NCBI RefSeq assembly: GCF_036971445.1
Contig: NC_091469.1
Span: 157,976,001 to 158,040,000, forward strand
From: Narcine bancroftii
Taxonomy: Eukaryota
Length of the DNA stretch: 64,000 nt
Reading direction: 5' to 3'
In this document: positions 10,006 through 20,733 of the stretch, one piece after another
Position numbering within the stretch: the first letter of the stretch is position 1
Layout: each line of letters opens with the position of its first letter
Notes under the pieces: model-generated
What the model was told of the DNA's origin: nothing
Seen by the model: only the letters and a program-made list of their open reading frames with translations
Database searches by the model: none
Made by a program: the position numbers and the translations under genes

Positions 10006-13000
10006 CGGAGCCCGAGCACCCACGAGCAGGCTATGTTGGCAGACCCTTTCCTGCAGATTAAAGTAACGGACATGGAAGTATCCTTTTTAGTGGATACGGG
10101 AGCCAGATTTTCAAAACTCACTGGCACTGAATTTCAAGATAAAACATCATCCTCTAGCGTCCAGCTGATAGGGTTCTCGGGTACACCAGAAAATCTGCCG
10201 TTTTCTACACCACTAGTCACTTCTGTGGCGGGACAGACTTTTACTCATCAATACATTTTGTCAGCCAGGTGCCCTACCAATCTCTTGGGCAGAGACCTGT
10301 TGGTCAAGTGCGGAGCATCGATCCTTTGTGGACCCAGCGGAATAGAGGTCACCTTTCCAAATGGATATTCTATGAACTGTTCATTAACTACACTGCATTC
10401 CGGTTCTCAGATGTTGTTGGCGGCAGCTGGAGGATCCGCGTCTGAGGGACAATGGGCTGACATTTACTGGGGGCTGTTGGAACCAGAGGACCCACAGAAG
10501 GGAGGGCTGATAAAGCTTTATAATCAATGGAAGCCGTGGATCCAGACGTTACACCCGTATACCCCTCCCTCGGACCCTCCCCATATGACCCTCTTTTACG
10601 ATAGGGAAGGGGATGAAATGTATCAGCATGCCTTTTATGAAGAGGTAGAGGGCATGCTATGGGAAATTAATTCGGACTACATAGTGGTAGGAAAGGAGGG
10701 AGTGGCCGCTGCGGTGGCACTGACATCTGAACAGCTGGAATGGTATGAGATGGCAGGTGAGGCCATTCCTCATGTCACCCTTGCAATTGGCACTACTCAC
10801 CAGGCAAAAATTTGGGACCGATGTGTCGGAACTTGATGTCCCTTAGTGACTGATCGGACACCCAATTACCGACAGTGCAGTTCTCCTCATCTGGTCAGGC
10901 ATACAGAATTTTGTCCCCGACATATGATCGAGTCCTCCTTGAGCATAGACAGATTGAACGCTTTCATGGTAGAGAGAAGATGGATCACCCCGACTCGGCC
11001 CCTATGCTAGATTCTCTCCCTGAGAACCTGTGGTCAGTGGGACCAGCAGATGTGGGTTTTTGTCAGCAGGTTGATCCCATAACCTTCGAACTGTCAGATT
11101 ACACCCCTATTTGGCAGATGCAGTATCCCCACAAACCTGAAGCTGAGGAAGGTTTGGCAAAGACCATTGATGGCCTTATCTATTCAGGGGTGTTGGAACA
11201 TTCGCGTTCTAGTTGGAATACACCCATTTTACCTGTTCCTAAACAAGACACGGGCAAATATCGGATGGCCCATGACTTAAGGCGCATCAATGGTATTGTG
11301 AGAACACCCACAGTTCCAGCACCAAACTCATATACTGCCATGACTGCTTTAACCCCCAACCACAAGTGGTTCTCTTGCATAGATTTAGCGAATGCTTTCT
11401 TTTGCTTGCCGCTGGCAGAACCATTAAGAGATGTGTTTTCGTTCACGTATAGAGGTAGAAAGTTGCGGTATACTAGGCTTCCACAGGGCTTTATTTTATC
11501 TCCAGGGATTTTCAATCAGGTGTTGAAAGAACAGCTGGGGGGGCTAGCACTGCCAGGTGGGGTAGTTCTGATCCAGTATGTAGATGACATCCTATTAGCA
11601 GCACCTGATCATACTTCCTGTTTGGAGGCCACCAGTCTCCTGCTAGTGCAGCTGTTCAAGGCAGGCTTTAAAGTCTCTCGCTCAAAGCTGCAATGCTGCA
11701 GGCAGGTGGTCACCTTTTTAGGGAGAATGGTCTCAGCGAAAGGCACAGGGATTTCCCCTGCACATCGAACAGCGATACCACATCATCCAAAACCTAAGAC
11801 AGTAAAAGAGATGCTTTCGTTTTTGGGTTTGTCAGGTTATAGTAGGCAGTTTATCCCATCGTATGGTGAGTTGACACATCCACTGCGAACTTTGGTGAAT
11901 GAGCAGGGGATGAGGAATCTGGGAGCTACACTTGATTGGACTGCACAGGCTGAGATGAGTTTTATTCTATTGAAGCAAGCTCTTACAACAGCTACAGATT
12001 TGGCGATTCCAAATTATAAACTACCTTTCTTTTTGGATGTTTCTGAAAAAGCACACACAATTGATGGTGTTCTTTTTCAGAAAAAAAGGGGGTGGAAGAG
12101 GTGTGCTCATGTATGTGAGTATCACACTAGACCCAACGGAAGACAGACACCCACCATGTATGAGACATGCAGCGGGAGTAGCAAAGATTTTACAAAAGGT
12201 GGCACACATAGTAATGGGACATGGCCTGATGGTATTAACAACACATAGCATTGTAGCATTTGTGAGCTCGACAGCATTTACAATGACTTCACTAAGGCAG
12301 ACGAGACTAGAAAAGATCCTGAATGCTCCAAATGTTACATTTACCCATGAAGGCATTAACATGGCAGACAATATGGGAGAGGGAGAACCACACTGTTGTG
12401 AGAAGAGGGTAGTGAAGGATATTAAAATAAGACCTGACTTACAGGCTACACCCTTAAGAGAACCAGATGAAACCTTGTTTACAGATGGGTGCTGTTACAG
12501 ACACCCCACAGATGGATTGAAAGCTGCCTAAGCGGTGGTACGAAAAACTACAGGAGGATTTGAAGAAATCATTACAGGGACAGTGAGAGGAAAGGAGTCA
12601 GCACAACTCGCAGAACTACAGGGAATGATAGCAGCATTAGAATGGGCAGAAGGGAAGGAGGTCAATATATATACAGACTCGGCATATGTGGTAGGGACAA
12701 TACAGGTTGAACTTAGTCAATGGATTAGAAGTGGGTTTTTAACAGCAGCAATGACCCCAATTAAACACGAGAAGGATGTTAGGAAACTGGCTGAGGCCCT
12801 CCTGAAACCAAGGGCATTAGTAGTTCTTAAATGTAAAGGACATGATAGAACAGATACGATGGTGGCTCGGGGAAATCAGGAAGCGGACATGGCCGCTAAA
12901 AGGGCAGCAGGATACGGCCCTCAGTTTATTATGATACAGACAGACAGAACAGCACATGACTTATTACCACCGTGTAGGGTAGAAGTAATAGTACAGGAAC

Positions 13001-14136
13001 AAGCAAAGGCATCACCTCAGGAAAGGATGGTATGGGAGGAAAGGGGGGCAACCAAGGATCAAGGACTATGGAGATCGATAGACGGGAGGCCAGTTTTACC
13101 ATCTGGACTCATGAAACCCCTCCTCGAGGAGGCGCATGGGCTAACACACTGTGGAAAGAAGCAGATGATAAGGTACTTGATACATTGGTGGCACCCCTTC
13201 CTGCCGGCGATGGTGGAGAACCATATTAGAGAGTGTGAGGTATGTATAGCTTTCAATGTAAAGGCGACTGTAAAGCCACATGAAGGTCAGTTCCCGCTAC
13301 CTAAGTTACCAGGGCAGGAGATCGTACTTGATTATACGGACATGATTGAGAGGGTAAGTGGCTATCGATACCTCTTAGTAGCAGTAGATGTGTTCACAGG
13401 GTGGCCGGAGGCAATCCCTGCCAAAAGAGAAGATGCAAGGACGGTATGTAAATTCCTGATCAACCAGTATATTCCGAGACACGGATTTCCTAGAAAAATT
13501 AGGTCTGATAATGGAAGTCATTTTAAGAATAATGATCTACAGGAGGTAGAAGCAATATTGGGATTGAAACATGCCTTTGGAACGGTGTACCATCCGCAAT
13601 CCCAAGGGAAAGTGGAGAGGATGAACCAAACAATAAAAGGTAAGATCGGGAAAGTACAGGCACGGGCCAAACTAAATTGGGTGGATGCGTTGCCCCTGGC
13701 ATTAATGTCAATAAGGAGTTCGGTAAGTTCTGTGACAGGATTTACTCCATATGAACTACAAACAGGGCATCAGTTTCCAGGACCGGGAGCCGGAATTCAG
13801 ACAACGAAGAATGAGGTAAGCTCAATGGGATGCAAGCTTTATTATGAAAAACTAACGGCTCTGGTGTCAGATTTTTCACAACAGGTCACAAGTCCCAACA
13901 GAGAAGGGGAAACACCGATACCTTCAGTCGCGGAGTGGGTTCTGCTAAAGGTCATCAAAAGAAAGTGGTCGGAGCCCAGGTGGACAGGACCCTACAGAGT
14001 GGTGGAGAGGACGTCCCACGCGGTTCGACTACAAGGAAAAGGCGAGACGTGGTATCATTGGAGTCAGTGTGCAGCATCGGACCCACCGACACGGACACTG
14101 GAACAGATTCGAACGGAGGTGACTGAGAACCTGTGA
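10006..14136 (+). pseudogene. pol: ERV pro-pol: protease, 2H-phosphoesterase-like domain, RT, RNase H, integrase; disrupted
   Basis: Protease FLVDTGA/NLLGRDLL; RT LPQG and YVDD; RNase H FTDG/SAQLAEL/YTDSAY/GNQEAD; integrase HHCC plus D,D(SDNG),E(KVERMN). Lesions: frameshifts near 10808 and 12085, stops at 10851 and 12529. Confidence 0.95.
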
Positions 14137-14245
14137 AGCAACCACGGACTAAGAACACTTAACGTCCCTTTTTAAAGAGACTATTGGACTACAGTGACTG
14201 TGTATCAGTGGTTGACGGCATAATCAATTTATTGGCATCAAAACA

Positions 14246-14533
14246 ATGAAGGGAGCTGAGATGAATACTATGTGGGGACTATGGGTGATGTTGTTCCTAG
14301 CCCTTGAAGCATCTGGAGAAGGAAACAACTGTACAAAGTGTTTATGATCAGCCTGGGAGGCCCATAATGAACCGAAACAGTACTTTGCGGATTTGACTGA
14401 CGTTCCTGAACACTGTGTTGGGGCCCCCACTGAACTGAAGTGTGTTCATAATGGCCAAGTTTGTGAGGTTAAGTTTAACAAGGGGTCGGAGATGCCGGTC
14501 CTTGCAAAAACTCCTGAGGTCTTGGTCCCATAA
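14246..14533 (+). pseudogene. env: Truncated env remnant (signal peptide and Cys-rich SU N-terminus)
   Basis: MKGAEMNTMWGLWVMLFLALEASGEGNNCTKCL*SAWEAH...CVGAPTELKCVHNGQVC. Lies between pol and the PPT; internal TGA at 14345. Confidence 0.6.
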
Positions 14534-14567
14534 GTTAACTGGTGGTTGGTCTCATTTTCATGAGACC

Positions 14568-14578
14568 AAAAGGGGGAC
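14568..14578 (+). promoter_or_regulatory. Polypurine tract
   Basis: AAAAGGGGGAC immediately before the 3' LTR. Confidence 0.85.
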
Positions 14579-15390
14579 TGTTGGAATCTAGGGGTTAAAA
14601 CAGTATGAAATAAATGATTAATTAATGAGTGTATATTTACTGCATGGTTCAGGGAAAAAGGAATGTGATTAAGTGGCAATCAGAGTATGGAGCAAAGTTG
14701 GCTGAGCAAAATTGTCTGCTCCAAAATACAGGGAGAGGAAATGCATAAAACGATTTAGGAGGAATGCTCAAACTAAAGGAGGTGGTGAGTAGCACAGGAG
14801 ACACAGGCCAGATCAGAACAAAGAATGGCCTGTAAGAAACAAAGGGAATGGAAAACAAGTCTAGGAGGAAGATTAAGGCAGGAGGAGGTGTTAAAGAGAA
14901 CAGCAGAAATTGGCCGGACAAGAACAGAATGGTGATTAGAAATATCTGGGGATGAATTAATTTCTGATCAACACAACAGGATAGTCTGGCCTGGAGGATT
15001 AAGATGGGAGTGCTACACCCCAGATATCTGCAAAACAGGAGATGACTTGTGATAACCCTTATGCAAAAAGATCTAGCAAAGGAAGACAACTTTTGTTCTG
15101 TATGATAATGAAATCTAGCAAAGGAAGCCAACTTTTGTTCTGTATGATAAGGTTGACCTATATAAACTGAACCAACTGGACAATAGGGGTCAGTCTTGGG
15201 GAGTAGCTCACTGTGCAGGTGACCTATGAACTAATGAGTGACCCAGAGCTCTGTTAAGTTTTATTCTTGTGCTGTGTAATAAATTGACTGTTGAACCGAA
15301 TACCTTCTCCTATCACTTCATTCAAAGAACGCGCTGGACTCAGACTACACATAGACTAAATTAAGAGTAAGTTAAAGCCAGAGTCCGACA
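14579..15390 (+). repeat. 3' LTR (812 bp)
   Basis: By eye it differs from the 5' LTR at only about 3 sites. Confidence 0.97.
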
Positions 15391-15854
15391 GTTTTAATCC
15401 ATGTCTGTCTCTCCTCGTCTACTAATTTTGGCAGCCTTGCCCTTTACTCTAACAGGAAAGTACTGGCCTCAAACTCCCTCCAACTCACTTTTAAAAGCCT
15501 CCCACTAGCCTGACCATCTCCCCTCCCCATCTGTGAACAGATGCTCCCAGTTGACCTTTACTAGTTCCTGCCTGATGCCATCAGAATGAGACTTTCCTAA
15601 TTTAGGATGAATGTGTGCCAGTCCAATCCTGTTCCACAAGTACTTTAAAACATGGTCTCTGGTACCATGGAGACACATCACCTTCATTTCACAATAGGTT
15701 GACTGTGCCCCTTCTCTAGGGCCATCCAGGCATCGTTTTTGAGAACTTTCCTGAAGACATGTAACAAATTCTGCCCAGTCTATGCCTTTGTGCTATGACA
15801 GGCCCACTCAATATTAGAGAAAGTAAACCATTCTTCCAACCCCTATTTAAATGA

Positions 15855-16520
15855 GAATCAGAATTTATTGTCATGTCCCAAAATGTGTTGCCTTGCGGCA
15901 GCGTTACGGCGTGGGTTTTGCTATACCTTGCATTTGAAATAAGCAAACGGTGCAAGAATTTAAGAGAACATGAGATAGTGTCTGCGGTTCGGTGTCCATT
16001 CAGAAATCTGATGGCAGCGGGGACTTCTGGCTGCTCACCTTCAGGCTCCTGACGGTAGCAGTGTGAAGAGGGCATGGCCTGGGTGGGCGGTGGGGGGAGG
16101 TCCTTGAGGTTAGAGGATGCTTTCTTCAGACTCCGCCTCTTGTAGATGCTCTGGATGAAGTGAAGACTGATGCCCGTAATGTTGCTGACCGATTTAGCAA
16201 TGCTCTGGTGTGTTTTCCTGTGCTGTACATTGGCACCTCCATACCAGACAGTGATGCAATGAGTCAGAATGCTCTCCGTGGTATGCCTGTAGAAATTTGC
16301 AAAAGTCTTGGAGACATTTAAAATGTCTTCAAACTCCTCATGAAGTATAGCCACTGGCAAACCTTCTCCTTGATTGCAATGACATGGAGGCTCCAAGACA
16401 GATCCTCAGAGATGCTGACCCCCCCCCCCCCCCCCCACCAGGAGTTTGAAGTTCTTGATCCTCTCCACTGCTGACCTCTCGATGAGGACTGGTTCCTGTT
16501 CTCCTGACTTCCTCCTGAAA
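15855..16520 (-). mobile_element. Rex1/Babar- or L2-like LINE 3' fragment
   Basis: FYRHTTESILTHCITVWYG (DUF1891-like RT C-terminus); tail AGAATCAGAATTTATT. Confidence 0.7.
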
Positions 16521-17026
16521 TTTCCCTGGCACCATTGAATTACCTAAATGTTGGATCCTGACCAACTCTCCACAACTACCTCCTTTCACTGTAATCCAGT
16601 TTAACCTGTGAAGTGAACAGCTCTGAGGATTCTAACGATCAAATGAGAATTCATTGCCCTCCATTTGGATGATGACCATTGACCCCCAGATTCCTATCCA
16701 ATTTTCAATCTCAGCTTGTTCTGTTCATCTATATTTAAGCATTTGCGTAGTGCCTTGGATTTGTGCTAACACCTCACTGTTCTCAATGTACCAGAGGAGC
16801 CCACCACTGAATGGATGTGTGCTGCCCCCATTCTTCCATCAAAATGCATCACCTTCCATGATCAGGATTAGCTTCCATCTGCCAATGTTTTACCATCTGA
16901 TTTTGCTATCACCCTATAGCAGAAGTTTGCCCTCCTCACTGTGTACACCAACCACCAATATTCATGTCATATGTGAAATTTCTAATTTGATGTGTATGTA
17001 GGTCCAACTCCAATTTTGTACGTAAG

Positions 17027-17485
17027 ACCATAAGACGTTGGAGCAGAACTAGGCTATTCGTCGAGTCTGCCCTGCCATTTCGTTATGAACTGATCCATTC
17101 TCCCACTCAGCCCCACTTCTCGGCCTTCTCCCCATAACTTTTGACGCCCTGGCTAATCAAGAACCTATCAATCTCTGCCTTAAATACACCCAATGACCCG
17201 GCCGCCACCACTGCCCATGGCAACAAATCCCACAGATTCACCACACTCTGGCTGAAGAAATTCCTCCACCTCTCTATTCCAAATGGACACCCTTCAATCC
17301 TGATGTCATGTCCTCTTGTCCTAGATTCTCCCACCATGCCTTTCAACATTCTAGATGTTTCACTGAGATTCCCCCTCCACCCCCCACCCACACCCCCCCA
17401 TCTCCTAAATTCCAAGAAACTCAGGACAAGAGCTGTCAACATTCCTCGTATGATAACCCTTTCCTTCCCGGAGTCATCCTTGTGA
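17027..17485 (-). mobile_element. CR1 LINE 3' end
   Basis: RTRGH...FFSQSVVNLWDLLP...FKAEIDRFL. Confidence 0.85.
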
Positions 17486-17600
17486 GCATCCAGACAGCAG
17501 CGAATTCGAACTGGGCTGCTGTCACTATAAATAACACTGTTCAAACCTCTATGGTGACTGTACTAACCCAATTTTAATTGGCCTTGTTTTGTCCTCAGAG

Positions 17601-17865
17601 TGGCGGGATGTATAGCATAGCGGTTAGCACAACCCCTTTACAGCGCCAATGACCATGGCTGGGGTTCAAATCCCACGCTGTCCATAAGGAGTTTGTATGT
17701 TCTCCCCGTGTCTGCATGGGTTTACCCCAGGGGGCCAAGTTTCCTTCCACTGTTCAAAATCTATTGGGGGTGTAAGTTAATTGGGTATAAATTGGACGGC
17801 ATGGACTCCTGGGCCGAAATGGCCCATTACCGTGCTATATGTCTACATTTTTACAAAAATTTAAA
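17601..17865 (+). mobile_element. V-SINE (HE1-like)
   Basis: A/B-box-like tRNA head, V-domain core and tail, as at 5846. Confidence 0.8.
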
Positions 17866-18471
17866 GAGGGGAGAGATGGATTCACCACAAGAGAATGAGA
17901 GACCAGTTTTCCCACCACGATGCCCACTCTCCCCTCTCTCTCCTCCCTAAAACTGTCCGCCAATCTGCTACATTTAACTCATCTATCATGCATGCAGTGG
18001 ACCTCCATCACATGGCAGAATTCCTCATCTTGCCTATGAACCCAGTAACTTTGAAGAGAGTGCAGTAAACAGGGGTTGGGCCATCAGTGTCATTGTTCTG
18101 GCTACCCCACATAGTCGAGGGTGATGGCCTTCGTTCTGCCGATCCACCAAGCGAAGATGCCTGTGCGTGTATTTGTTTAACGTGTACATGATGTTGCACT
18201 CCAAGAAGCCCACGATACTTCACAAAGCAACCAACTAATTTCAATGGCATGGAAACCACGATGTCGGGAGCTGATGGATTTGTTGCAGCCGATGTCCGCC
18301 TTCACAGCCCTTGACTTCAGAGTAACGTCATCCGCCTGTTCCACCGTTGAGGTCTTGGATGGATTGTTCTTTGTTAGGAACCTCACCTTCATCCTTCCTG
18401 CCATGGGTGGCCCTACCAGGAGCACACGGCATCACTCTTGGGATCTCAAGACCACACAAGCTTCTCTACCA

Positions 18472-18786
18472 TGTAATGGATAAATATTGGGAGGAATTTG
18501 GTAAGATTAGAGTGGGTTACATACATACACACATTTTAAAACAGATCTTATTTGAAATACTAAGAATTCATATTCAGTAACGTTGCAGAAACTTTGGAGA
18601 ATGATAAACACTTTTTTCAAGTCGGTGCTAATTGGAATGATGTCATGAAATGAATAGACCATTGTCTTGAAGGAAACAAATTGGCTGTTTGCAAGTACCT
18701 ACAGAGTGCTCACAGAAAGGTCACTCTTAGGTTTTGCTTACCTAAGACAACAGCTTGCAAGTGAGAGTCACGTGGGCTTTCTGGCA

Positions 18787-18824
<38 letters not shown>

Positions 18825-19483
18825 AAGCTCAACAAGCTCTCTCAGCTAGTGTTTCTGACACTGAAAGCAGCTGAATAGTGCAAGCCAGGAAGAGCTGGTT
18901 GGAAACAGAAAGTCCCAGAGCAGTGGATGGCTGGAAGTGCAATCTGTCTGATGTTTCTCTTGGAATAAGCAGAACAGAAAGGAACTCTGTAGTAGCCTGA
19001 AGAAAGGGGTTACCATCTGGAGAACCCTGATGGGGCAAGATTGATCAGCGAGACATTGAGGTGACTAATGGTGGTACCTCAGTTGTGGAGATCCTGGAAC
19101 AACAACTATCTCTCTCTGCAAACCCTATAAGAACCTTCCTGAGCAGTAAACATTTACCTTTCGAGCACCAAAGCCTGGTGAACTATATACATGTTAAATT
19201 CTGTGCACAATATGGTGATTGCCTGAAACCAGAAAACTTGGAAGAAGGAGAAGTGAGATTGAACTGTGAACCAAAGAACTTTTCTTAAATTTACACACAC
19301 ATCATACATGTGCACTTAGAATTAGAAGGGGGTTAATTTGGATTAGTTAAGTATAGAGATAAGTTAATGTTTGATTCTGTTTTCATGTTTAAAGATAATT
19401 AAAAACAACTTTTGTTTAAGTAACTACTTGTCTTGGTGAATGTCTATTGCTGCTGGGTTTTGGGGTCCTCTGGGCTCGTAACA
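18472..19483 (+). mobile_element. Solo LTR (~1 kb), family shared with 59579-60579
   Basis: TGTAA...TAACA ends; homologous along its length to the inverted copy at 59579-60579; TSD degenerate. Confidence 0.72.
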
Positions 19484-19976
19484 GACACGACAAGGTGACA
19501 ATTCCCGGAGAAGGCCAACACGGTGGCCCAGGATAGATAGCATTTTATCTTACGGCACTTCTATTTTGTTATTATTTTAAATTAAATTAAAATCAGTTTT
19601 AAATTTGATTTTTAAAAAAATTTAAAATTGAGGGATGCAGCCCACAAGCCCTTGTCACCCAAATACCCCCATTAACCAATGACTCTTGTTCGTTTTAGAA
19701 TTTTACATTGGAAAACTAATGATCGATGGTTATTATCATTATGACCCAAGTTCTTGGTAAATGGAATTGGTATGATGGGTTTCTGATGGCAGTGTGGATA
19801 TAATTGCTGATTCGGACTCTATTGCATGTGGCTATAAAATGTCTTCCTTCTGGTCACTAATTACAACAGACCTGATATTTGTGAAGGAAATTAAGAAACA
19901 TTGAGCAACTTCCGAGTTTCTATGCCAAGAAATAACAAGCAGTAGCCAAAGAGGACTCCACAATGAAGTACTGAGA

Positions 19977-20031
19977 ATGAACTCTCTTGCGGTTTATCTC
20001 TGCATGGTCTTGCTGTCAGTCGTCGTTCAGG
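19977..20031 (+). CDS. Siglec-15-like Ig receptor gene A, exon 1 (signal peptide)
   Basis: MNSLAVYLCMVLLSVVVQ(G); phase-1 donor G|GTTACAG is conserved in the paralog at 52289; alternative phase-1 donor at 20037. Confidence 0.7.
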
Positions 20032-20289
20032 GTTACAGTAGGTATTTTCTATTCACCTTGTTTTTGTCTCTTCTTCTCTCCTTTGGCTTGAATTTCCACC
20101 ACACTAATGGTGCTCCACCTCTTTGGACTTTGGTTAAGTCTGGCCTAGCCGAGATGGGGGTTGCTGGAGCTTTGAGTGCCTTTGAGAAGAAAGTTGGGGG
20201 AGGGGGTGGTAGGGGGGAGCAGGGTGTGTTAAGCCACATTCTTGAAATACTACACTCTTGGTGAAGGTGATCTGGTGGCAGAGCAGGTG

Positions 20290-20610
20290 GAGAAAAATGT
20301 ATACAGATTTTGAGCTTTGTAATAGAGGAAAAAGAGGGATGAGAACGAGCGAGAGAGGGAAGAAAGAGAAAGCAGGAGAAGAGTGAAAGTGAAAGCAAAA
20401 AAGAAAGAGAGAATGGATAGAGAAAACAAGGGAGAAAGTGAGAGAAAGATCTTGAAGGAGAAGATAGAAGAGAAAGAGGGTAAAAGAAAGAAAGAGTGAA
20501 CGAAAGGAAGAAAGTGAAAGTGAGAGAGAGAAAAGGAATGAAAGAGAGAGAAGAGAATGAGAGAGAGATTGAAAGGGAGAGAGAGAGAGAGAGAGAAACA
20601 ATAAACACAT
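20290..20610. repeat. GA-rich low-complexity tract in intron 1
   Basis: Almost purely purine. Confidence 0.9.
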
Positions 20611-20733
20611 GAGAAAAAGGTTGGCATGAGTAGGCGGTAATGTGGAGTTGGGGTTTGAATGCAGATGCTGGATTATTGAGTGAACCAGGAGAAGCTGGAG
20701 GACTCCATGGGTCAGTTAGTATCTATGGAGAGG

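Larger units (their letters stand above)
6697..15390 (+). mobile_element. Full-length defective endogenous retrovirus, class I epsilon-like (LTR-leader-gag-pro-2H-pol-env remnant-LTR)
   Basis: Paired LTRs, 4-bp TSD GTTT (6693-6696 and 15391-15394), PBS, PPT, and retroviral domain order PR-RT-RNaseH-IN. Confidence 0.96.

Noticed and set aside
20033-20627. Several Phe/Leu/Ser-rich minus-strand ORFs resembling membrane proteins
   Set aside because: Translations of the GA-rich low-complexity tract.
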